A stretch of 64,000 nt of DNA from a bacterium (GTDB lineage: Bacteria > SAR324 > NAC60-12): contig OZ242383.1 in the NCBI GenBank assembly GCA_965209155.1, forward strand, positions 2,688,001-2,752,000, written 5' to 3'. The position numbers and the translations under genes were made by a program. Shown piece by piece: positions 29,743 to 39,352 of the stretch (within the stretch, counting starts at the first letter, position 1; every line of letters starts with the position of its first letter). A model generated the notes under the pieces. That model worked only from the letters and a program-made list of their open reading frames with translations, made no database searches and was not told the origin of the DNA.

Positions 29743-31451
29743 ACTCAACCAAATTCAAAAATTGCTTTGATGGCTGGTCCGTATTTACGGTATTACTGGC
29801 ATTGATTTTTTCAATTCCCATTTTTGCGGTAATCGGACTGGCCTTCACACCAAGTGATGAGGTTTGGTCTCATCTCTCTTCGACCGTCCTGCCTCGGTAT
29901 GTGCGCAACACCTTATTATTGATGCTCGGAGTAGGGGCAGGCGTTGTTGTGATTGGAACCAGCACCGCTTGGGTGGTAACCATGTATCGGTTCCCGGGGC
30001 AGCGGGTCTTTGAATGGGCTTTGTTTTTGCCTCTCGCCATGCCGGCCTATGTCATTGCCACCGTCTATGTGCAACTCCTCGAATTTGCTGGTCCCATCCA
30101 ATCCTTCCTGAGAATGATATTTGGTTGGCAAAGTACCAGGGACTATTGGTTCCCGCAAATCGTTTCATTGGAGGGAGCAATAACCATGATGATCCTGGTA
30201 CTCTATCCTTACGTCTATTTGCTCGCCAGGGCATCATTTCTGGAACTTTCCACGAATGTCATGGAAGTGGGTCAAATCCTGGGAAAGGGAGCTTGGAAAA
30301 ATTTTTGGCAAGTGGCCCTACCTCTGTCAAGACCTGCCATAGTTGTTGGATTAATTCTGGCATTGATGGAAACGATCAGTGATTTTGGTACGGTGAAAAT
30401 CTTCGCTGTCAGTACATTTACGACCGGAATATATACAGTATGGTTGGGAATGTACAATGCGCCCGGCGCCGCGCAACTGGCCACTACTTTGTTGGTCTTT
30501 GTGTCGATTTTAATTTTTTTGGAACGACTATCCCGGCATCGTAAACGCTATCATCCCAGCGATCAAAACAGGATGGAAAGAAAAAAACTTCAACTTCACG
30601 GGAAACGTGCGCTGCTGGCATTTCTGTGTTGTTTTATACCCATTTTGTTTGGCTTTTTAATCCCATTTCTACTTTTGATCAAGTGGGTATTCGAAACCTA
30701 TCAAGAAACCTTCACCCACCGCTTTATTAATGATGCTTCCAATAGCGTGTTGCTTGCCGGTATCGCGGCCGGACTATCTGTTTTATTGGCCCTTTTGACG
30801 GCCTACGGCTTACGGCTCCGTCCCACGAAATTGTTGCGGATCACCACTCGCATCGCCACCCTGGGATATGCTGTGCCGGGTCCCATCATCGCGCTTGGCG
30901 TGCTCTTACCATTTGCTGGTTTGGACAATGCCGTCGATCGATTGATGCGAGAGACCTTCGGTGTCTCGACGGGACTTATCCTCAGTGGGACGATCTTCGC
31001 AGTCATCTTTGCTTATCTGGTCCGTTTTCTGGCATTATCCTTTGGCACCCTGGAAGCAGGATTGACGAAAATTACGAAAAATTTCGAAGACGTCTCGAGA
31101 ACGCTCGGGCAGGGAACCCTTTCCACCTTGAGGCGGGTTCATTTCCCTCTTTTGCATGGCAGTCTGCTCACTGCAGCAATTTTAGTGTTTGTCGATGTGA
31201 TGAAGGAATTGCCCCTGACCTTGATGCTACAACCCTTCAACTTCAGCACATTGGCCACTCGCATTTATGAATATGCCTCCGAGGAACGTTTGAATGAATG
31301 CTCCCTTTGGTCGGTGGCGATTGTCTTGGTCGGTATCGTCCCAGTCGTCATACTGAGTCGTGGAATAGCTAAATCACGCAGAGAGCAAAGCCCTTCCGAG
31401 ACCCCTGATGCTCTCTTGTGGATCGAAAAATGGAAAGCCATTGAAGATTGA
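29739..31451 (+). CDS. fbpB: Fe(III) ABC transporter permease
   Basis: Duplicated permease modules; LPLAMPAYV, LYPYVYLLARA, FVDVMKELP.T. Confidence 0.9.
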   Translation: MNSTKFKNCFDGWSVFTVLLALIFSIPIFAVIGLAFTPSDEVWSHLSSTVLPRYVRNTLLLMLGVGAGVVVIGTSTAWVVTMYRFPGQRVFEWALFLPLAMPAYVIATVYVQLLEFAGPIQSFLRMIFGWQSTRDYWFPQIVSLEGAITMMILVLYPYVYLLARASFLELSTNVMEVGQILGKGAWKNFWQVALPLSRPAIVVGLILALMETISDFGTVKIFAVSTFTTGIYTVWLGMYNAPGAAQLATTLLVFVSILIFLERLSRHRKRYHPSDQNRMERKKLQLHGKRALLAFLCCFIPILFGFLIPFLLLIKWVFETYQETFTHRFINDASNSVLLAGIAAGLSVLLALLTAYGLRLRPTKLLRITTRIATLGYAVPGPIIALGVLLPFAGLDNAVDRLMRETFGVSTGLILSGTIFAVIFAYLVRFLALSFGTLEAGLTKITKNFEDVSRTLGQGTLSTLRRVHFPLLHGSLLTAAILVFVDVMKELPLTLMLQPFNFSTLATRIYEYASEERLNECSLWSVAIVLVGIVPVVILSRGIAKSRREQSPSETPDALLWIEKWKAIED

Positions 31452-31514
31452 GATAAAAATTGGTAGGTTATGCTGATCTCACAGGTTCTTGCAAATTGAG
31501 GTTAGTTTATAAAT

Positions 31515-32564
31515 TTGAAAACGCTCATCCTGGAATGCCAATCCATCAGCAAAAACTATGGTTCCCTCAAAGCGGTGAACAACGTCAGTTTCAAGCTCTA
31601 TCGCAAAGAATTTTTAGCGATATTGGGACCTTCCGGCTGTGGTAAATCGACGATATTACGCATGATAGCAGGCTTGGAAACACTGAACCATGGAAAAGTC
31701 TTGTTGCAAAACCAAGTTGTTTCTGAAAAGGAAAAGTTAGTCGTCCCGGAACAGCGAGGCGTGGGGATGGTCTTTCAAGATATTTCTTTATTTCCGCATT
31801 TGAATGTCAGCGAAAACATTGCTTTCGGATTAAAAGGTAGCAAAAAAGAAAAAAGACAACGCGTGAAAGAAATGTTGGCTCTGGTGAGTTTGACGGATTG
31901 CTCAGACAAAATGCCACACATGCTTTCGGGTGGGCAGCAACAACGGGTTGCGGTTGCGCGATCCCTCGCCCCCTCACCCGAATTGATTCTACTGGACGAA
32001 CCTTTCACTAGTTTGGATTATCAACTCCGTGTTCAATTGCGCCAGGATATTCGCGATATTTTAAGACGAAAAGAAGTCAGCGTCATTTTAGTAACCCATG
32101 ATCAGTCGGAAGCATTCAATTTTGCGGATCGCATGGTCATTATGAAACAAGGAAACATCATTCAAGAAGGATCCCCGACCGGGATTTATCATACGCCCAT
32201 AGATTCCTGGGTGGCTACCTTTGTAGGAGACGCCAATTTCCTACCCTATGAAACTGCTTCGATATATTTGGACTCCAATTCGCAAAAGCATGATGTCTCC
32301 GATTGCGCTTACGATTCAATCCTGCAAAATAAATCAAAGCAATTGATGGTTCGTCCTGAAGATATTCTGGTACAAAGTACCCACCCTAAAAATGATCATG
32401 GCATCATTCAACACATTGATTTTTCAGGAGATCAACAAGTATTAAAGATCCAACTATTGACAGGGAACCAGATCAAAGCCCGTGTTTCTTCGCGAGAAAA
32501 CTGGCAGCGCGACCAGCACGTCACCATCAGTATAAAACATTTTACCGTTTTTCCCCATTCTTGA
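31515..32564 (+). CDS. fbpC: Fe(III) ABC transporter ATP-binding protein
   Basis: GPSGCGKST, LSGGQQQRVA, LLDEPF; TTG start. Confidence 0.88.
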   Translation: MKTLILECQSISKNYGSLKAVNNVSFKLYRKEFLAILGPSGCGKSTILRMIAGLETLNHGKVLLQNQVVSEKEKLVVPEQRGVGMVFQDISLFPHLNVSENIAFGLKGSKKEKRQRVKEMLALVSLTDCSDKMPHMLSGGQQQRVAVARSLAPSPELILLDEPFTSLDYQLRVQLRQDIRDILRRKEVSVILVTHDQSEAFNFADRMVIMKQGNIIQEGSPTGIYHTPIDSWVATFVGDANFLPYETASIYLDSNSQKHDVSDCAYDSILQNKSKQLMVRPEDILVQSTHPKNDHGIIQHIDFSGDQQVLKIQLLTGNQIKARVSSRENWQRDQHVTISIKHFTVFPHS

Positions 32565-32612
32565 TGGACTTACAACTCGTGGTTGACCCGATCTTAATCT
32601 TTCTTAAAGAGG

Positions 32613-32641
32613 TTGACAGGCTGAAAAAGTTTGGATAGACT
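32613..32641 (+). promoter_or_regulatory. sigma70 promoter of tRNA-Gly
   Basis: TTGACA-N17-TAGACT just upstream of the tRNA. Confidence 0.7.
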
Positions 32642-32655
32642 GAATCACTTTCCGA

Positions 32656-32731
32656 GCGAGAATAGCTCAGCAGGTAGAGCGCAACCTTGCCAAGGTTGAG
32701 GTCGCGGGTTCGAAACCCGTTTCTCGCTCCA
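32656..32731 (+). tRNA. tRNA-Gly(GCC)
   Basis: 76-nt cloverleaf: acceptor GCGAGAA/TTCTCGC, anticodon arm CAACC-TTGCCAA-GGTTG, GGTTCGAAAC T-loop, encoded CCA. Confidence 0.97.
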
Positions 32732-32891
32732 ATCTTCCTCAACGGCTACAAGAACTGATTTTCCTCGAGACAAATCGGAATGCTGTCAACAGGAAATCAA
32801 GAAAATTTTTTAGCATATCGGAACGGAATTCTCGCATCGGCGTCGGCCCAGGGGAAGTCTCCCAAAGTTAAGCCATTCGCCACGATTGAGG

Positions 32892-33989
32892 TCATCCCAG
32901 CTTTTTGGAAACAATGCGCTGCAAAATGGCCTGTCCGTGACGGAGCGCTTCGACGTCGAATGTCATTTCCGGATGGTGAAGCCCTGGTGTCAAGTCGGCT
33001 CCCAAGCCGATATAGGCGCTATTTAAATCCAGGGAATTGGTAAAGATGTGAAAATCTTCACTCCCCGCAGTCACTGCAGGCTCTGATGCTTTGCCCAAAA
33101 TTTCTTCAATTGTTTCTCCTACGAATTGAACCATGGCTTCATCATAAACGGCAGCGGGAGAACTCGTGATGGATTCAATCTCGGTGGTGGCTCCAATGGC
33201 GTTGGCGCTGTTCGTGATAGCGGTTCCTGCTTTTTCTTTCAATTCGGACATCACTTCGTCGGTTTCCGCTCTGAAATCAAAGACCACATCGGTACGGGCA
33301 GGAATGATGTTGTCGGCGATACCAGGAGTGTTGATCCGGGTTGCTTTCACGGAATGAGAAATATTCGGATCGGCCCTGACTGCATTGACGGCACTGATGA
33401 TCAACATAGCGGCTTCAATGGTATTGATCCCCAAATGCAACCTAGCGCTATGGGATGGCACTCCCTCGATTTTCACGCGAATACGATGACAGGCCGTATG
33501 ATAAACAGCCGGTGAGGCTTCTCCCAATCGACTATCACTCAGGGGTCGTAAATGAATCCCGACCAGTTCTTTTAAATCATCGAGTTTTCCGGTATCTACC
33601 ATCAATTGAGCTCCCTCCAGTGTTTCTTCAGCTGGTTGGAAGATAAACAAAGCTGTCCCCCTGGAAATTCCTTGCTCTGCAATCCCCTTTGCCGCCGCCA
33701 GCACCATTGCGGAGTGGGCATCGTGTCCACAGGCATGGATATCCACGACCTGGTCATTGATCACAAAAGGGAGGGAGTCCATATCGGCTCGCAACCCCAG
33801 CACGATTCCCTCCTTTCCGGAATCCAATCGACCAATCACTCCCGTCTCGCCGATTCCTTCTTCTACCTGGTAACCAAACTTCTTTAATTCCCCGGCAATA
33901 AATTGGGCGGTTTGATATTCCTGTAGTTTTTTTTCAGGGATTTGATGCAGGTGATGAAAAACTTCTTCTACATAATTGGTATTATTCAT
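32892..33989 (-). CDS. M20/M40 family amidohydrolase
   Basis: HLHQIPE, LRADMDSL, HACGHDAH, FQPAEE, SEDF, LHHP. Confidence 0.92.
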   Translation of the reverse strand: MNNTNYVEEVFHHLHQIPEKKLQEYQTAQFIAGELKKFGYQVEEGIGETGVIGRLDSGKEGIVLGLRADMDSLPFVINDQVVDIHACGHDAHSAMVLAAAKGIAEQGISRGTALFIFQPAEETLEGAQLMVDTGKLDDLKELVGIHLRPLSDSRLGEASPAVYHTACHRIRVKIEGVPSHSARLHLGINTIEAAMLIISAVNAVRADPNISHSVKATRINTPGIADNIIPARTDVVFDFRAETDEVMSELKEKAGTAITNSANAIGATTEIESITSSPAAVYDEAMVQFVGETIEEILGKASEPAVTAGSEDFHIFTNSLDLNSAYIGLGADLTPGLHHPEMTFDVEALRHGQAILQRIVSKKLG

Positions 33990-34458
33990 ATTCATTCTCC
34001 ACGACAGACTCTCTAAAGTATGCAATCCTTTGTTTGGAAGCTGAGAAATTCCATAACTTCATTATTCATATCACTCTGTTTTCTTGCTTTCAAGAGTGAC
34101 CGTTGGATAAAAGAAAGGAAATTCAAAGAATTGATTTTTTACGATAAAGGAAGCAGGTACTTTCTTTAGAACAAAACCTCATTTTCAAGTAAAGAGTATA
34201 ATATCCCTGCTGCTCCATTCAGATTGACAACCTGGCGTCCTTCAACATATTCTGAAAAGAAAACTTTTCAATGACGCATGTTTGATTGCTATTTTTTACT
34301 GTTATTCTGACCATAGGTACCTTTTAAAAAAAAGCAGGAATGGGTCAAACGATTAAATGGTTGATGTCCGGATTGGTTCTCATGCAAAAAAGTTAGTGCT
34401 CATTTACCGAAGAATTCATAACCAATAGACTCGGTCAACTGAGGAGGAGAAAAATCTT

Positions 34459-34992
34459 ATGAAATTGAGTTGGTCCCACGCTGTGTTGAATGTCCGCGAT
34501 CAAGACAAGATGCTGGACTTCTACACCAACGTTCTCGGCTTTGCAGTCACAGACCGGGGACCTATTGCTGAGGGGGCATCAGAGATTATCTTCATGAGCC
34601 AGGACCCGGACGAACACCACCAGCTTGCCATGGTGCAATTCAAGCAGGATGAGAATCCGGTCAACTCACTCAATCACTTCGCGTTTCGAGTCGAGTCCTT
34701 CGACGAATTAAAAAACCTGCATACCGAACTCGATACCAAAATGGGGATCAAAGTGACTCCTCTGTCCCACGGCAATACCCTCTCCATTTACTTCAATGAC
34801 CCCGAAGGCAATGGTATTGAAGTTTTCTGGGATACGCCCTGGCACGTTGCCCAACCTCAGAGCAAACCCTGGGACGTTTCATTGAACCAGGAGGAAGCAC
34901 TAACATGGGTAGAAGAGTCATTTCAGAACGAGCCGGGATTCAGGCTCAGGGAACATCACAATGACAAACGCAGAGCAGAAGCGGGAAGTTAG
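34459..34992 (+). CDS. VOC family protein (catechol dioxygenase-like)
   Basis: SHAVLNVRD..FYTNVLG, EHHQLA, LNHFAF, SHGNTLSIYFNDPEGNGIEV; RBS GAGGAG. Confidence 0.88.
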   Translation: MKLSWSHAVLNVRDQDKMLDFYTNVLGFAVTDRGPIAEGASEIIFMSQDPDEHHQLAMVQFKQDENPVNSLNHFAFRVESFDELKNLHTELDTKMGIKVTPLSHGNTLSIYFNDPEGNGIEVFWDTPWHVAQPQSKPWDVSLNQEEALTWVEESFQNEPGFRLREHHNDKRRAEAGS

Positions 34993-35462
34993 ATTTTCAA
35001 GTTCATTCTTTGTGCGTGAGTATTACTTGGACATGGTCAGGTACGATTCGCTCCCTCAACTCAAACAAACGTTTGCGTCCCTCGGATATACTTAACGCTT
35101 CCATGGTTTCCTTTTTATGAAAAAAGTCACCATAAAAATTTCAATGTACAATATGATGTACAAAATTAAAAGGAGAAAAGTAAGGAGAAAAAGAAAGAAA
35201 ATGGTTTCCATAATCCCCAATAATATCAATAACCTGCTTTTCAACTGAAAAAAATTAGAAAAAAATGCTTGACTTATTATAATATATGGCATATCTAGTA
35301 CTATTAAATTGCTTGGGAAGAGAGGACTTGAATCGAGTAATGTGAAAGCAAATCCTTCTCCCCGGGAATTTTTTTCTCATCCGTGCGGTCGAGCGCACGA
35401 TATCTCGATTCGCTCAATGGTGCAGCGGATCTTCTAATTTCATCTCAAGCGTAGGAGGAATC

Positions 35463-37250
35463 ATGCAAAAAAGCAAAACCAGGAAAATCCAATCATTGTT
35501 ACTGACCTTAATCCTGATGGTGACCGCCTTGGGGGTCAGTTCGGCCTTGGCGGCCGAGATGGTTGAAGACCCCACCACTGGCAAGATGATAGTTGCGCCT
35601 GAGTATGGCGGGACCATCACCTTTGCCACGACAAGATTTGGAGGAGTTGATCATGTCGACATGTGGTTCCATCACCACCCGGGTGAAACGGTCGCCGGTG
35701 TTTTGGAGAAGCTCGGTATCATGGACTGGGCCACTCCCAGGGAGCAATTCGACTTCAGGACAACCTACAAGCCTATGACTCTCTATACGGGACACCTGGC
35801 GGAGAGTTGGGAGCAGCCCGACCCGCTCACGACGGTCTTCCATATTCGCAAGGGGGTCCACTGGCAAAACAAGGCGCCGGTGAATGGCAGGGAATTTACC
35901 GCGGAAGATGCCGAATATAATTATCATCGTTATACAGGTACAGGCAGCGGCTTCACCGAACCCAGTTCCTATTGGAAAGCCAACGTGGGCAAGCTCGAAT
36001 CGATAGCAGCTACCGACAAATATACCCTGGTCTTCAAGCAGAAGGAGGTAGACCCTCTTTTCCTCGCAGCTGCAATGCTTAACTTGAATTTTATGTATGC
36101 CCCCGAGGTGATCAAGGAACATGGTGATGCGAAGGATTGGAGGAACCTGGTCGGTACCGGTCCCTTTGAATTTACGGATAGGGTGGAGGGCACTTCACAA
36201 ACCTGGATTAAGAATCCCAATTACTGGGATGTCGACGAAAAATTCCCCGGGAACAAGTTGCCCTATATTGACGAACTGAAGGGCCTGATTGTTCCGGAAC
36301 CGGCAACCCGGCTCTCCTTACTTCGCTCGCGGAAGATTGATTTTTTGGGTATGCCTGCCGGTTACGGTCAAATAACCTCCATGGACCAGGTGATGAGCCT
36401 CAAGAAAACCAATCCCGAAATCATGCTGGAGCCGATGTCCTATCGCTCTGAGACGTCGTGGGTTTTTAACACGCAAAAGGAACCATTTAACGACGTGCGG
36501 GTACGCCGCGCCATGCAAATGGCCCTGGACTTCAATAAAGACGGCCCCTTCGATAGATTCCACAATGGGCTCGCCGATTTGACGCCGCAGGGGTTTCTGG
36601 GGAAAGGTTTCATCGGATACGTCACCAATTTTGAGGACTGGCCCGAAGAGATAAAGCAATACTATGTCTATGACCCGGAAGGGGCGGAGAAGCTCCTGGA
36701 TGAGGCGGGTTATCCCCGCGGTGAGGACGGCATTCGATTCTCTGCCACGATGCATTATAGTCTGGCCTCGAACCGTTTGGAGCATGACCAGATCGCAGTC
36801 GAACAATGGAAAGCGATTGGCGTTGAAATCACGCTCGCGGGGGTGGATGGTTCTGGTTATGGTGCCAAATTGCAGGACGGCAGCGGGCAGTTTTTGGCTT
36901 TTATTTCGGGATACGAGTGGAACCCCGTGGGGCAAATGGGGCTGCTGGCTACCGTGGTTGATTCTCCATGGAATGTCGCCCAAGTCAAAGATCCGGTTTA
37001 TGACGCCATGTATGCCGCGATGTCAGGCGCTCAATCCCTCGAGGAGCAGATGAGGGCCTCGAAACCGATCGATATGTACTTTAATAATCAGCACTGGTAT
37101 TTATGGGGCGCGCGCGTTCCGCAGTTTCATGCCTTCCAGCCGTGGATTGTCGGTTACAATGGAGAAACCGAACTGGGAGACATGGACCGTATTCTCATCA
37201 TGGCCCGCCTTTGGATTGATAGCGCTAAGAAGAAAGAAATGGGCTATTAG
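35463..37250 (+). CDS. family-5 ABC transporter substrate-binding protein (orphan)
   Basis: Signal peptide, PEYGGTIT, LAESWE, GTGPF, DVRVRRAMQMA, LLDEAGYP. Confidence 0.9.
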   Translation: MQKSKTRKIQSLLLTLILMVTALGVSSALAAEMVEDPTTGKMIVAPEYGGTITFATTRFGGVDHVDMWFHHHPGETVAGVLEKLGIMDWATPREQFDFRTTYKPMTLYTGHLAESWEQPDPLTTVFHIRKGVHWQNKAPVNGREFTAEDAEYNYHRYTGTGSGFTEPSSYWKANVGKLESIAATDKYTLVFKQKEVDPLFLAAAMLNLNFMYAPEVIKEHGDAKDWRNLVGTGPFEFTDRVEGTSQTWIKNPNYWDVDEKFPGNKLPYIDELKGLIVPEPATRLSLLRSRKIDFLGMPAGYGQITSMDQVMSLKKTNPEIMLEPMSYRSETSWVFNTQKEPFNDVRVRRAMQMALDFNKDGPFDRFHNGLADLTPQGFLGKGFIGYVTNFEDWPEEIKQYYVYDPEGAEKLLDEAGYPRGEDGIRFSATMHYSLASNRLEHDQIAVEQWKAIGVEITLAGVDGSGYGAKLQDGSGQFLAFISGYEWNPVGQMGLLATVVDSPWNVAQVKDPVYDAMYAAMSGAQSLEEQMRASKPIDMYFNNQHWYLWGARVPQFHAFQPWIVGYNGETELGDMDRILIMARLWIDSAKKKEMGY

Positions 37251-37338
37251 GCTTTTGGGCTGATTGCCTAACAATGTGGGTCGGCAGCGTTGCTTCGTCG
37301 TCCCACGCTCTCCCGCTCATCCTGATTGTTCTCTCAGG

Positions 37339-37545
37339 TCATGCCACCAAATGCTTGATCCCCAATAAGGGCTGCTCGAGTTCCCGTTCTTTGGCTATCA
37401 GCTGAAAATCTGCTTGCAAATTCATGAGAAAATGAGAATCCACTTTGAAATACATTCCCAAAATTAAGGCCACTTCTGCAGAAAGAGAACGCTTCCCATC
37501 AATCACGCCCTTCAAGGTCATATAAGGGATTCTCGTATCCTTTTA
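37339..37545 (-). pseudogene. truncated HigA-like HTH antitoxin
   Basis: KDTRIPYMTLKGVIDGKRSLSAEVALILGMYF...FLMNLQADF resembles HigA; in-frame stop just upstream, N-terminus and toxin absent. Confidence 0.7.
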
Positions 37546-37595
37546 GAGATCAAAAAATGACTTGCTATCGTCATAATTCATAGTAAAATGACGAC

Positions 37596-38759
37596 ATGGT
37601 AGTCAAAAAAATATATCCACGTCTCATAAAACCTCCGCAATCCAGTTTCTTTTTGTTTGGTCCCAGGGGGATCGGCAAGAGTACTTGGGCCAAAGGTCAA
37701 TTTTCGGGGGCGCATCAATTTGATCTGCTGGACGAAGGTCTCTATCAGAACTTACTCGGCAATCCTTCCCTTTTCGGAGCGGAATTATCTACCTTACACC
37801 AGCAGTCATGGGTGATCGTCGATGAGATTCAGAGGCTGCCCTCCTTATTAAATCTGGTGCACCTGTATATGGAGGAAAGAGGATTACAATTCATTTTACT
37901 CGGTTCCAGTGCCAGAAATCTAAAAACAGCAGGCACCAATTTACTGGCGGGACGGGCCCTCAAAAAAATGATGTTTCCTTTAACGCCAGAAGAATTAGAA
38001 GATGATTTTTCATTAGAGGAAATTCTCCGATTTGGTGCGATTCCGTTAGTCTGGCAATCCCCCAGTAAAGCAGAGACGCTAAAAAGTTATGTGCAGTTAT
38101 ATTTGAAGGAAGAAATCCAGGCGGAAGCCTTGGTACGGAATCTTCCGGGTTTCACGCGCTTCCTGTCAATCGCAGCCCTCTTCCATGGGGCCCTCATCAA
38201 TATCGCCGGCATTGCCAGAGATTCCGGAACGGCCCGTACCACCGTTTCAGGTTTTCTGGATATTCTTGACGATACGCTCTTGACCTTTCGCTTGCCTGCA
38301 TTTGTGGGCAAATTAAAAGTGCGTGAAAAGAAACATCCCAAGCTCTACTGGGTGGATCCAGGATTAGTGAGAGCCATCAAAAAACAGCTGGGACCTCTTG
38401 CTCTGGAAGAACGTGGGCCATTATTAGAAGGTTGGATTCTTGGACTGCTGCGGGTTTATGGCGAAGAGAGCAATATTTTTCACGAGATTTATTATTGGTC
38501 GTCCGCGCACGCCACTGGGCATGAAGTGGATTTTTTATTGCAGCGTGACAATGAATATCTGGCCATTGAAGTGAAATCTTCCTCGAAATATAATACAAAA
38601 TTTTTGTCAGGATTAAGAGCCATTCAAGATTTGCCCGGATTAAAACGGCGCATTTTAATTTATTGTGGAGACAGGAATTTAAAAAGTGATGATGGTATAG
38701 ATATTCTCACCGTTCCAGCGTTCTGTAACGCACTTCTAAGGGATGCGCTTTGGAAATAA
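37596..38759 (+). CDS. AAA+ ATPase with DUF4143 (COG1373 type; C-terminal PD-(D/E)xK-like domain)
   Basis: GPRGIGKST, IVDEIQR, LGSSA, LAGRA, PKLYWVDPG, EVDFLL...AIEVKS. Confidence 0.9.
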   Translation: MVVKKIYPRLIKPPQSSFFLFGPRGIGKSTWAKGQFSGAHQFDLLDEGLYQNLLGNPSLFGAELSTLHQQSWVIVDEIQRLPSLLNLVHLYMEERGLQFILLGSSARNLKTAGTNLLAGRALKKMMFPLTPEELEDDFSLEEILRFGAIPLVWQSPSKAETLKSYVQLYLKEEIQAEALVRNLPGFTRFLSIAALFHGALINIAGIARDSGTARTTVSGFLDILDDTLLTFRLPAFVGKLKVREKKHPKLYWVDPGLVRAIKKQLGPLALEERGPLLEGWILGLLRVYGEESNIFHEIYYWSSAHATGHEVDFLLQRDNEYLAIEVKSSSKYNTKFLSGLRAIQDLPGLKRRILIYCGDRNLKSDDGIDILTVPAFCNALLRDALWK

Positions 38760-38811
38760 GTTCAAAAAATGAAACTCAAAAAAAAATCGCATTTTTATCT
38801 TGACCTTCCTG

Positions 38812-39054
38812 TCCCCACCTCGAGGCTCTTCAAGAAGCCAGTCAACTCTTTGAAAAAGAACGAGAGCCATGGAAGCCAGAGCGCTTAGCACTCTGATTTA
38901 CCTCCCTGGCAAAGCGTTTACGATCATTATCGCCATTGGAAAAAACACGGGATTGTGGAGTGAACCTTCGCTTTTTGGCTCATGATCATAAAGAAGCGGA
39001 TCTCCTAGGTTGATAGATTTTTAATTTTTTTACGAATCCTGCATTTTTTTTAAT
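38812..39054 (+). mobile_element. chimeric IS66/IS5 remnant (deleted duplicate of 58193-59311)
   Basis: 38812-38893 matches 58193-58274; 38894-39054 matches 59150-59311. Confidence 0.82.
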
Positions 39055-39118
39055 CGACTTTCAATCAATCGGACACCTTTTCACAATTATGTCATGTGAT
39101 TGCTGTCCATTGTCAGCA

Positions 39119-39311
39119 GCGGTGACGTTGCCCGATGAGTCAAGCAGATAAACAATTCGGTTGACGAATGTTTGCTATTTGTTTACTTTCTATGTTCCGT
39201 AGCAGTGACGTTGCATGACTCTCTTTGATAAATAATTCGGTTGACGAATGTTTGCTATTTGTTTACTTTCTATGTTCCGTAGCAGTGACGTTGCCCGATG
39301 CGTCAAGCAGA
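39119..39311 (+). repeat. tandem duplication (80-bp period) containing a sigma70-like promoter and paired 8-bp direct repeats
   Basis: Identical 61-mers at 39154-39214 and 39234-39294; 30-mer at 39119-39148 recurs at 39282-39311; each unit has TTGACG-N17-TACTTT and TGTTTGCT/TGTTTACT. Confidence 0.85.
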
Positions 39312-39352
39312 ATCATTGATTTTTATTTGATATCCTAAATGGCAGGAGGACG

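Noticed and set aside
32656..32731. tRNA-Gly as attachment site of a genomic island
   Set aside because: Accessory genes follow it, but I found no duplicate of the tRNA 3' end and no catalytically complete integrase in the window.
39119..39311. CRISPR array
   Set aside because: The long segments between the short repeats are identical rather than unique spacers; only two units and no cas genes.
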